Source of the DNA: an uncultured bacterium
GTDB lineage: Bacteria > Bacillota_I > Bacilli_A > RF39 > UBA660
Direction of reading: 5' to 3'
Assembly: GCA_949296705.1 (NCBI GenBank)
Contig: CASFOW010000014.1
Span: 956 to 64,955 of the forward strand
Length of the DNA: 64,000 nt
A model generated the notes under the pieces. It was not told where the DNA came from, did no database searches, and saw only the letters and a list, made by a program, of their open reading frames with translations. The stretch's first letter is position 1; each line of letters opens with the position of its first letter. A program made the translations under genes and the position numbers. This document shows positions 29,493 to 40,289 of the stretch, one piece after another.

Positions 29493-29576
29493 ATATGTAT
29501 TTTCTTTTTTAAAAAAGATCCATTCGCTTTCTAAAAATTACTTCTTATAGTATAATATCGTTAAGGAGATAAGAAC

Positions 29577-31685
29577 ATGATAAATATTGATAGCTTAAAC
29601 GAAAATCAGAAAAAAGCAGTCTTAAAAACCGAGGGACCATTACTGATTCTTGCAGGAGCTGGAAGTGGAAAGACTCGTGTTTTAACGACTAGAATAGCCT
29701 ATTTAATAGAAGAAAAAGAAGTAGATCCTTACCACATTCTAGCAATTACTTTTACTAATAAAGCTGCTAAAGAGATGAAAACAAGATTAATGAATTTAGT
29801 TGGAGAGATAGCTAGTAGCGTTCAAGTGTCTACTTTTCACTCATTTGGTTTAAAAATCTTACGAGAAAATTATGCTTATGTAGGATATGAAAAGAATTTT
29901 TGTATTTTAGATAGCGATGATTCTCTAAGTATAATTAAGAGAATTCTAAAACGCTTAAATCTAGATCCAAAAGAGTATCACCCTAATGCGATTAAAAGTA
30001 AAATTAGTGGTTGTAAAAATGAAATGGTAAGTCCTATTATGTATGAGCATCACGCATCAACCGAGTTTGAAAAAGTAGTATTAATGGTTTATGCTGAATA
30101 TGAAAAAACTTTAAAAGAAAATAATTCTGTCGATTTTGATGATCTACTAATTTTGCCTATAAAATTATTTCAAGAAAATAAAGATATTCTAGAAAAATAT
30201 CAACAGCGATTCCAATATATATTAATTGATGAATACCAAGATACTAATCAAGCTCAATACATATTAACTAAGATGTTAAGTGCAAAATTTCGAAATATTT
30301 GTGTCGTAGGGGATGAATCCCAATCAATTTATTCGTTTAGAGGGGCTAATTACCGAAATATTTTAAACTTTGAAAAAGATTATAAAGAAGCAACAACAAT
30401 TAAATTAGAACAAAATTATCGTTCGACTTCTAATATTTTAGATGCAGCGAATCAAGTGATTAAACATAATCGTGAACGTAAGGAAAAAAACTTATGGAGT
30501 ACTAAGGGAACAGGAGATAAAATTACCTATTATCGTGCTGAAAGTGAAACGGACGAAGCTTCCTATGTAGCTAACCACGTTAAGAGCCTGTTAGAAAATG
30601 GAACAAATGCAGAAGAGATAGTTATTCTCTACAGGACCAATGCGCAATCCCGTACGGTTGAAGAAGAATTGATGAAACAAAGCATTCCCTATCGAATTGT
30701 AGGAGGAATGACTTTCTATAATCGTAAAGAAATTAAAGATTTAATTGCCTACTTACGTTTAATTTTTAATAGTAAAGATGATGTTTCCTTAGAGAGAATC
30801 ATCAATGTTCCCAAAAGAGGAATTGGCTTAAGAACTTTAGAACGACTAACCGAAAAGAAAAATGAGGAAAACACTAGTTTATATGAGGCAATTGATTCTG
30901 GCAAGGAATTAGAGTTTAAAAATTTAATTGAAAAACTAAAAAAAGAAGCCGAAAAAAGTACCTTGACCGAGCTAATTGACTTAGTTTTAGAAACAACAGG
31001 AATGAAAAAAGAACTAGAAAGTGAAAAAACACTCGAAGCAGAAAATCGGCTAGAAAACTTAGAAGAATTTAAAACGGTAACCAAAAGCTTTGAAGATGAA
31101 TATGGTTTAGTTTCCCTAGAAGATTTCTTGTATCAGATCAGTTTAGTTAGCGATCGAGATGATTATCAAGATCCAAGAAATAAAGTGAGTCTCATGACTG
31201 TACATTCGGTCAAAGGTCTAGAATTTGATTATGTTTTTGTTATTGGTTTAGAGGAAGGTATCTTCCCCCATGTCAATTCTTTAATGGAGGCGGGAGGAAT
31301 CGAAGAAGAACGGCGACTAGCCTATGTAGCGATCACTCGTGCGAAAGAAAAATTGTATCTATTAAATGCCAGAAGGAGGGTATTATTCGGTAGAGACCAA
31401 GTAAACCCACCAAGTAGATTTATTAAAGAAATCGAGGAAAATTTAATCGCAACTGAAGGAAAAACTCCATCGAAGGATACTACAAATATTCAAGTCAAAA
31501 TCAATAAAGAAGAAAACTATCATCAAGAAGAAATTAACTGGCAAGTTGGAGACTTTGCTTATCATGATATATTTGGAACTGGTAGAGTAGTAGAAGTAAC
31601 CAATACGTTAGTCAGTATTGCCTTTAAAAGTCCTTACGGAATAAAAAAATTAATGAAAAATCATAAAAGTATTAAGAAAGTGTAG
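29577..31685 (+). CDS. pcrA: ATP-dependent DNA helicase PcrA
   Basis: UvrD/PcrA motifs AGAGSGKTRVLTTRIAYL, TFTNKAAKEM and VVGDESQSIY, plus the C-terminal FGTGRVVEV tail. The gene is followed by ligA as in other Firmicutes. Confidence 0.9.
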   Translation: MINIDSLNENQKKAVLKTEGPLLILAGAGSGKTRVLTTRIAYLIEEKEVDPYHILAITFTNKAAKEMKTRLMNLVGEIASSVQVSTFHSFGLKILRENYAYVGYEKNFCILDSDDSLSIIKRILKRLNLDPKEYHPNAIKSKISGCKNEMVSPIMYEHHASTEFEKVVLMVYAEYEKTLKENNSVDFDDLLILPIKLFQENKDILEKYQQRFQYILIDEYQDTNQAQYILTKMLSAKFRNICVVGDESQSIYSFRGANYRNILNFEKDYKEATTIKLEQNYRSTSNILDAANQVIKHNRERKEKNLWSTKGTGDKITYYRAESETDEASYVANHVKSLLENGTNAEEIVILYRTNAQSRTVEEELMKQSIPYRIVGGMTFYNRKEIKDLIAYLRLIFNSKDDVSLERIINVPKRGIGLRTLERLTEKKNEENTSLYEAIDSGKELEFKNLIEKLKKEAEKSTLTELIDLVLETTGMKKELESEKTLEAENRLENLEEFKTVTKSFEDEYGLVSLEDFLYQISLVSDRDDYQDPRNKVSLMTVHSVKGLEFDYVFVIGLEEGIFPHVNSLMEAGGIEEERRLAYVAITRAKEKLYLLNARRRVLFGRDQVNPPSRFIKEIEENLIATEGKTPSKDTTNIQVKINKEENYHQEEINWQVGDFAYHDIFGTGRVVEVTNTLVSIAFKSPYGIKKLMKNHKSIKKV

Positions 31686-31693
31686 TGATAAAA

Positions 31694-32101
31694 ATGAATC
31701 TAGTCAATATTGAAGTAGAGTTAACGAGAGGAAAACAATTACTCGTTTCTAAACGGTTTAATGATGAATTAAGTGCCTGTTGTTTAAGGCAAATACACCC
31801 TTATCGAATCGGAGAAATCGAGGAAGTTAATGTTCATCAACTTCCTAAAGATTTAATCGATGAAATAAGGCCACTATTAAATTTCCAACATACTTTTTTA
31901 CGGTGTAGTTATCAATTAGAAGATAATAAAATTCATGCCGATATTGTTAAACGAGAAGCTATTGGTCCCTATGCCGAATTAAAGAAAGATGTAGTTATTC
32001 TATCAGGTATAGGAGAATATCTTGAAGATAGTTTGGAGGCATTAAAAGAGAACATCTCAAAGAAGAATCAAGCCAATAAATATTTAAGGAAAAGGAGATA
32101 A
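31694..32101 (+). CDS. Hypothetical protein
   Basis: 136-aa ORF between pcrA and the nucleotidyltransferase gene. Confidence 0.4.
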   Translation: MNLVNIEVELTRGKQLLVSKRFNDELSACCLRQIHPYRIGEIEEVNVHQLPKDLIDEIRPLLNFQHTFLRCSYQLEDNKIHADIVKREAIGPYAELKKDVVILSGIGEYLEDSLEALKENISKKNQANKYLRKRR

Positions 32102-32102
32102 A

Positions 32103-33026
32103 ATGGAAAAAGGAAAAATGACGTTATTAGTAATGGCGGCTGGAATGGGAAGTAGATTTGGAGGATTAAAACAAATCGAACCATTTGGTCCAAGTGGTGA
32201 ATTTTTAACAGATTATTCAGTTTATGATGCTATAAAAGTAGGATTCACGAAAGTAGTATTTATCATTAAAGAAGAAAACTTACAGGATTTTAAAGATACG
32301 ATAGGAAAAAGGATAGAACAAATAATCCCTGTAGAATACGCTTTTCAAAAACAAACAGAAATTCCTAAAGGAATAGAAATTCCTCAGGAAAGGGAAAAAC
32401 CATGGGGAACTGCACACGCTATTCTTTGCGCAAAGGACAAAATTAACGAAAACTTCGTATGTATAAATGCCGATGATTTCTATGGCTATGATGCGTTTAA
32501 AACCGCAGCTGACTTTTTAAGAAAAGGAAAGACATCAACCACTAATCAATATGCTTTAGTCGGCTATAATATAGAAAATACCTTAACAGAAAATGGCTCA
32601 GTAAAAAGAGGAATTTGTAAAAGCAAAAATAATTATTTGACCGAACTAATCGAAAGTAAAGTCGAAAGAATAAATGGAAAGATAGAAGCTAAGCCATTAA
32701 ATGGTAGCCCTAGTTTTTCTGTAGATAAAAATACTTTAGTTTCTATGAATATGCTTGTGTTTACTCCATCGATTTTTTCCTATATTGAAAATCAAATGAA
32801 TCAATTTTTTCAAACTCATGCCGATGACCTCACCACTTGTGAATTTCTAATTCCTGATGTTTTAAGTAGCGCAATTTCAGATGGTTATGCCACTGTTGAA
32901 GTGTTACCAACAACCGCGAAATGGATTGGTGTAACCTATAAAGAAGATACAGAGCCGGTTGTAAAAGCACTAAGAAAAATGATTGAGGAAGGAGAATATC
33001 CAGAGAATTTATGGAAAAGAAGTTAG
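32103..33026 (+). CDS. Sugar-phosphate nucleotidyltransferase family protein
   Basis: MAAGMGSRFGGLKQ is a glycine-rich NTP-transferase motif at the N-terminus. RBS AGGAG. Confidence 0.5.
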   Translation: MEKGKMTLLVMAAGMGSRFGGLKQIEPFGPSGEFLTDYSVYDAIKVGFTKVVFIIKEENLQDFKDTIGKRIEQIIPVEYAFQKQTEIPKGIEIPQEREKPWGTAHAILCAKDKINENFVCINADDFYGYDAFKTAADFLRKGKTSTTNQYALVGYNIENTLTENGSVKRGICKSKNNYLTELIESKVERINGKIEAKPLNGSPSFSVDKNTLVSMNMLVFTPSIFSYIENQMNQFFQTHADDLTTCEFLIPDVLSSAISDGYATVEVLPTTAKWIGVTYKEDTEPVVKALRKMIEEGEYPENLWKRS

Positions 33027-33490
33027 CAGTATTCCTAATTCTTGCCACTACTGTATTCTTTTTATCAGGGTGTAGTTTATTTTCAACTAGTTGGACATAC
33101 ACAGATCTTCCACAAGGTTATGAATTGAAGAAAATCAACGATACCAAGATGGTGATTGGTAAAGAAGTAGAAGGAAATTTAGAAATTGAATTAGAAGGAA
33201 AAACAATAGGAATCGAAAAATATATCGCTGAGTTTCAAACTAGTGATAATTACATAGGATTAAAAGCTTTAGAAAATAATGAAGATAGTATATCTGTTCT
33301 CTTCTACATTATTGATGCCAAGAATGAAGATGTATATGGCCCTTATGAGACAGAATCCACTTATAATGCCGTAGTAGAAAAAATAGTAGAAGAAGAGTTG
33401 GGTGAATGGAAAAAAACCGTTGATATTAATGAAAACGGTGTGCTAGTACCAAGTGAAGAAGAGAATGAGAAAACAACCGACGAAGAATAA
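33011..33490 (+). CDS. Lipoprotein, hypothetical
   Basis: Lipobox FFLSGCSLF; acidic C-terminus. Confidence 0.5.
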   Translation: MEKKLAVFLILATTVFFLSGCSLFSTSWTYTDLPQGYELKKINDTKMVIGKEVEGNLEIELEGKTIGIEKYIAEFQTSDNYIGLKALENNEDSISVLFYIIDAKNEDVYGPYETESTYNAVVEKIVEEELGEWKKTVDINENGVLVPSEEENEKTTDEE

Positions 33491-35494
<2,004 letters not shown>

Positions 35495-35499
35495 TTTTT

Positions 35500-35958
35500 A
35501 TGAAAGAATTAGGCTATTTTATCGATCCAGAGGGGACCGTTAAAACATTTGGAAAATTTATTCCTTATGATAGTGAAGAAAAATGGAATAGCCCAGGACA
35601 TGAAGAAAGTTTTGTAACAGAAATTGTAGATACTTTTTATTTTAGTATACTGGGACATGAGTATAATAAACAAAAAAGCTTTTATACTAACGCCATTGAC
35701 TTATCTATTTCAGGCTGTGCATTGATTTTAAATGATAGCTATTCCGATGAAGATACTTCTATATTAGGTTATTTACCAACCAACCCTACAAATGAACAAT
35801 ATGAACAACTTGATTCAATCAATAAACAAATTAAAGATAAATTTAAAAAAATGCGATTATATGATTTTGAAGAAAGCGGTATAGAAGAAAACGAATATTC
35901 TTCCTTAAACCAGTACCTAGAAATGAAGAAAGATAATCTGAATAAAAGACATAAATGA
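35500..35958 (+). CDS. Hypothetical protein
   Basis: 152-aa ORF with a GGAAGAAGG RBS. Confidence 0.45.
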   Translation: MKELGYFIDPEGTVKTFGKFIPYDSEEKWNSPGHEESFVTEIVDTFYFSILGHEYNKQKSFYTNAIDLSISGCALILNDSYSDEDTSILGYLPTNPTNEQYEQLDSINKQIKDKFKKMRLYDFEESGIEENEYSSLNQYLEMKKDNLNKRHK

Positions 35959-36216
35959 ATTCAATAATCTGTAAGAAGTTAGTACTTATTAGTATTTAAC
36001 TCAGTAATCTAGGATAAACGCAAGAACTTTTTCTTATCAATAAAGACTTTTAAATAAATCTGATGATGAATCAATGACCAAACAAAATGTATATGATCAT
36101 GATTTTTATCAGCTAAGATTATCTTAGTATAATCTTATATTATGTAGTTTTAATTCATAATTATTTTCATGCGTTTATCTTAGTAATACTAAATATATCC
36201 AAAATCAACAATTTCA

Positions 36217-36225
36217 TGATATAAT
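36217..36225 (+). promoter_or_regulatory. TG-extended -10 element (TGaTATAAT) for gatCAB
   Basis: The extended -10 lies about 45 nt upstream of the gatC start. Confidence 0.35.
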
Positions 36226-36269
36226 GATACATAGCCAATCGCTATGTATATTTTTTAAAGGAGGAAAAA

Positions 36270-36563
36270 ATGAATAAACTATCAAGAGAAGAAGTATTAC
36301 ATGTTGCTCATCTCGCACGAATAAAAGTAACAGATGAAGAAATAGAGAAATACCAAATAGATTTAAAGAAACTTCTAGATGATGTAGATAAAATTAATGA
36401 TATCGAAGTAGAAAGTGAAGAGTTATTGGTTACTCCTGTTGAACAAGATTCTGTTTTAAGAAGTGATCAAGAAATAAGTAGTGTAAGTTTTGAAGAAATA
36501 AAAAAGAATGTGCCAGCTGTGACTGGTAATTTTGTAGAGGTTCCGGTGATGATAGGTGAATAA
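36270..36563 (+). CDS. gatC: Glutamyl-tRNA(Gln) amidotransferase subunit C
   Basis: EEVLHVAHLARIKVTDEE is the GatC consensus. Confidence 0.85.
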   Translation: MNKLSREEVLHVAHLARIKVTDEEIEKYQIDLKKLLDDVDKINDIEVESEELLVTPVEQDSVLRSDQEISSVSFEEIKKNVPAVTGNFVEVPVMIGE

Positions 36564-37983
36564 TTTAGAATTAAGTATAAAAGAAATTCACAGTCGATTA
36601 GTGAATAAAGAGATAACGCCACTCGATTTAGTAGAAGAATGTTATGAAAAAATTGAAGAAAATAGTATTCTCAATAGTTTTATTACTGTAAATAAGGTAG
36701 AGGCGATTGAATATGCAAAAGAACTATCTAACCAAGAAATAGAAAAAGATAATTTACTATGGGGAATTCCTATTGCGATAAAAGATAATATTTCCACTAA
36801 AGGAATTCGAACTACCTGTGCTTCTAAAATGTTAGAAAATTATGTCCCTATTTATGATGCTACGGTAATTGATAAGATAAAGAGTCAAAAAATGATTATT
36901 ATTGGGAAAACCAATATGGATGAATTTGCGATGGGGTCAACAAGTCGAACAAGTTACTTTGGTGCCCCTAAAAATCCAGTCGATGATACGAAAATTACTG
37001 GTGGTTCATCTGGAGGTAGCGCAGCTTGTGTAGCAGGAGGCTTAGTCCCATTAGCGTTAGGAACAGATACTGGTGGCTCTATTCGACAACCAGCTAGCTA
37101 TACAGGAATTGTTGGTATGAAGCCAACTTATGGACGTGTTTCTAGATATGGACTAATAGCTTTTGGGTCAAGCTTAGATCAAATTGGACCAATGACTAGA
37201 AATGTATATGAAAATGCTTTACTATTAAATACACTAGTTGGAAGAGATAAAAAAGATCTGACGAGTGCCGATCAAGAAGTAGAAGATTTTACTCGGTTGA
37301 TTGGCCAAGAAGTAAAAGGAATGAAGATAGCGATTCCAAAATATTTTGTAAGTGATATTGTATCTCCTATCATCATTGAAAAATTAAATCGGGTAGTAGA
37401 AGTATTAGAAGCAAATGGAAATACCGTAGAATACATCAATATGAAATATCTCGATCAAGCAGTAACCCTTTACCAAATCATCGCAATGGGAGAAGCAAGT
37501 AGTAACTTAGCTCGTTTTGACGGGGTAAAATTTGGTTACCGTAGTGAAAACTCTTCCAGTGTCGAAGAAATGTATGAAAATACAAGAGGAGAAGGCTTTG
37601 GTAAAGAAGTAAAACGTAGAATCATGGTAGGAAGTTATCTATTAAGTGGAGATAATGCCAAAACATATTACGATAAAGCGTTAATGATCAGAAATGCCAT
37701 GAAACAGGAATTTGATAAAGTATTTAAAGAATATGACTTTATCCTTGGACCAACTACGACAACCGTTGCTTACCGATTAGATGAAAACTTAGATGATCCA
37801 ACAAAATCATTTATGGACGATGTATTAGTTATCCCTGTCAATATGGCTGGATTACCTGGAATGAGTATCCCAATGGGAAAAGATCAAGATAATATGCCAA
37901 TCGGCTTACATATTATTGGTAATCGTTTTGAAGAAGCAAAAATGTATCAACTTGCGTACGATTTAGAAAAGAAACTAAAGTAA
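36556..37983 (+). CDS. gatA: Glutamyl-tRNA(Gln) amidotransferase subunit A
   Basis: Amidase signature GGSSGGSAA and the catalytic Ser-cisSer-Lys context. Confidence 0.9.
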   Translation: MNNLELSIKEIHSRLVNKEITPLDLVEECYEKIEENSILNSFITVNKVEAIEYAKELSNQEIEKDNLLWGIPIAIKDNISTKGIRTTCASKMLENYVPIYDATVIDKIKSQKMIIIGKTNMDEFAMGSTSRTSYFGAPKNPVDDTKITGGSSGGSAACVAGGLVPLALGTDTGGSIRQPASYTGIVGMKPTYGRVSRYGLIAFGSSLDQIGPMTRNVYENALLLNTLVGRDKKDLTSADQEVEDFTRLIGQEVKGMKIAIPKYFVSDIVSPIIIEKLNRVVEVLEANGNTVEYINMKYLDQAVTLYQIIAMGEASSNLARFDGVKFGYRSENSSSVEEMYENTRGEGFGKEVKRRIMVGSYLLSGDNAKTYYDKALMIRNAMKQEFDKVFKEYDFILGPTTTTVAYRLDENLDDPTKSFMDDVLVIPVNMAGLPGMSIPMGKDQDNMPIGLHIIGNRFEEAKMYQLAYDLEKKLK

Positions 37984-37995
37984 GGAGTGAAAACT

Positions 37996-38280
37996 TTGAA
38001 AAGAAAAGAAATCAAACAAAATGTAATAATGACTAGTATAGCTTCATGGCTCCTTGCTTCACCCCTTGCGATGAGAATAAAAAGTATAGAGAGGATAGCT
38101 AGTCATCGTATTATCTATGTTGGTAAAATATCAGGTGATACCAATGATGATATAAACCAAGCTGTACAATATTTAAAACTAACGAATGGATTAGAAGCAA
38201 ATAATCAACAATCACAAAATAAAGAGATAAATAAAGCCTTAAAATATTTAAAATTAACAAACGGATTGGAGGTAAAATAA
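37996..38280 (+). CDS. Small hypothetical ORF inserted between gatA and gatB (uncertain)
   Basis: TTG at 37996, 8 nt after AAGGAG (or GTG at 37987). The 3' part contains a tandem near-duplication encoding KYLKLTNGLE twice; the second copy carries the gatB RBS. Confidence 0.3.
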   Translation: MKRKEIKQNVIMTSIASWLLASPLAMRIKSIERIASHRIIYVGKISGDTNDDINQAVQYLKLTNGLEANNQQSQNKEINKALKYLKLTNGLEVK

Positions 38281-39692
38281 TGAACGACTATAAAACAACA
38301 GTAGGAATTGAAGTACACTGTGAACTAAAAACCAATGCCAAAATGTTTAGTGATTCTTTGAATAATTATGGTGGCGTAGCTAATGTCAACATTAACGAAA
38401 TTGATTTTGCCTTGCCTGGTACCCTACCAACAATTAATCAATACGGCGTAGAATTAGGGATTAAAGCTGCGTTAGTTTTAAACTGTACCATCAATAAAAA
38501 GCTTGTATTCGACCGCAAAAATTATTTTTATCCTGATCTACCTAAAGGTTATCAAATTACGCAGGCTAGAAATCCAATTGGTGTAAATGGATACGTAGAA
38601 ATTGAAGTCGAGGGAAAAAAGAAAAAAATTGGAATTCATGATATTCATCTTGAAGAAGATACTTGTAAGAGTACCCATGCCGATACTAAGTCTTATTTAG
38701 ATTTTAATCGAAATGGTGTACCCCTATTAGAAATTGTTTCAGAAGCCGACATGAATAGTCCGATAGAAGCTATGGCTTATCTAGAAAAATTAAGAGAGTT
38801 ACTTCTTTATGCTAATATTTCTGACTGTAAGATGGAAGAAGGAAGTATGCGTTGTGATGTTAATGTGTCAGTATCAAAAACAGATAAACTAGGAACGAGA
38901 ACGGAAACCAAGAATATTGGCTCTATCAGTAGTGTCGGTAGAGCGATTACTAGTGAGGCACTTCGTCAAATTCAAGAATTAGAACAAGGAAATATAATCA
39001 CCGAAGAAACTAGAAGATTTGATGAAAAACAAGATCGAACGATTCTAATGCGGGTAAAAGAAACTGGCAATGATTACCGCTATTTCCCAGAACCAGATTT
39101 ACCACCTTATCTAATTACAGACGATGAAATTGATAGAGTGAAAAAAACAATTGAAGTAATGCCAGATAAACGCCGTGCTGTTTACTTAGAAAAAGGAATA
39201 TCCTCTATAAATAGTAATAAATTAATTCAAAACAAACAATTAAGTGACTTCTTATTAGGATTAGAGGATATTGATTTAGTGATTGCTAGCAACTTACTTT
39301 TAGGAGATATTTCTTCTTATCTAAATAAAACCGAGAAAAAAATTACAGAAACTTCATTAACAAAAGATAAATTAAGAGAAGTAACAACTATGTTAAGTGA
39401 AGGAAAAATAACTAATAAAGTATTTAAAGATATCGTAGTAGAGTTAATGGAAACAGATCTTTCTATTCCTGATATTATCGAAAAAAAGGGTATAAAAACA
39501 ATTAGTGATGAAAATGCTTTACTAGATATCATCACCAAAGTAATTGTCGCTAATCCTGAAAGTGTAAAAGATTATCATGAAGGAAAAGATAGAGCGCTTA
39601 AATACCTAATGGGGCAGATTATGAAAGAGACAAAAGGCCAAGCCAATGCCACAATCGTTAGTCGTCTCCTTCAAGAAGAACTAAACAAATAA
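38280..39692 (+). CDS. gatB: Aspartyl/glutamyl-tRNA amidotransferase subunit B
   Basis: GatB N-terminal pattern TVGIEVHCELKT…LPGTLP, with the C-terminal GatB/YqeY domain. Confidence 0.9.
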   Translation: MNDYKTTVGIEVHCELKTNAKMFSDSLNNYGGVANVNINEIDFALPGTLPTINQYGVELGIKAALVLNCTINKKLVFDRKNYFYPDLPKGYQITQARNPIGVNGYVEIEVEGKKKKIGIHDIHLEEDTCKSTHADTKSYLDFNRNGVPLLEIVSEADMNSPIEAMAYLEKLRELLLYANISDCKMEEGSMRCDVNVSVSKTDKLGTRTETKNIGSISSVGRAITSEALRQIQELEQGNIITEETRRFDEKQDRTILMRVKETGNDYRYFPEPDLPPYLITDDEIDRVKKTIEVMPDKRRAVYLEKGISSINSNKLIQNKQLSDFLLGLEDIDLVIASNLLLGDISSYLNKTEKKITETSLTKDKLREVTTMLSEGKITNKVFKDIVVELMETDLSIPDIIEKKGIKTISDENALLDIITKVIVANPESVKDYHEGKDRALKYLMGQIMKETKGQANATIVSRLLQEELNK

Positions 39693-39800
39693 ATAAGAAA
39701 GACTTTTAAAATGATACAATTTATTGTATAATCATATATCATATAAAGATGAAATATAGTTAATCAGGTACAAGAGATAAAGATATGTGAGGTGTATTAG

Positions 39801-40289
39801 ATGAAAATAATCCGAAAAAATAAATTCACAATTATCGCAATTGTTTTATTTACCGCTTTAGTTTTTTGTTTATACCAAGCTAAGCAATTATTTTTTCCTA
39901 ATGAGGGAAAAGCCATCTATGGTGATCGTTTAGTAGGTAAAGTAGAAGTAGATGAAGCAGTCTATGATCAAGTAAAGGCTAAAATTACCGAAAATGAACG
40001 AGTAGAGAGTGTGACTTTACGAGAAAATGGTAGAACAATCAACTTAACAATTACTGTAAAAAACGATACTAGTATCCAAGATGCTAAAGCAACAATTAAT
40101 GGAATGTTGGATTTATTTACAGATAGTCAAAAAGGATATTACGATTTTCAAGTATTTATTGTAAAAACAGACGATGCGGAAAATAATTTCCCAATTATCG
40201 GTTACAAGCATCACAATAGCTCTGAATTCTCATGGACAAAAGATAGAGAAAAAACCGATATTAGTACAACTACAGAAGGTGGAGAATAA
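39801..40289 (+). CDS. Membrane-anchored hypothetical protein
   Basis: One N-terminal TM helix; GAGGTG RBS. Confidence 0.5.
   Translation: MKIIRKNKFTIIAIVLFTALVFCLYQAKQLFFPNEGKAIYGDRLVGKVEVDEAVYDQVKAKITENERVESVTLRENGRTINLTITVKNDTSIQDAKATINGMLDLFTDSQKGYYDFQVFIVKTDDAENNFPIIGYKHHNSSEFSWTKDREKTDISTTTEGGE

Noticed and set aside
35959-36269. Possible T-box or riboswitch in the 310-nt gatC leader
   Set aside because: No T-box antiterminator consensus (AGGGTGGNACCGCG-like) or other riboswitch core was found. The only features are two copies of TTATCTTAGTA(A)TA (36117 and 36175) that look like alternative -10 regions.
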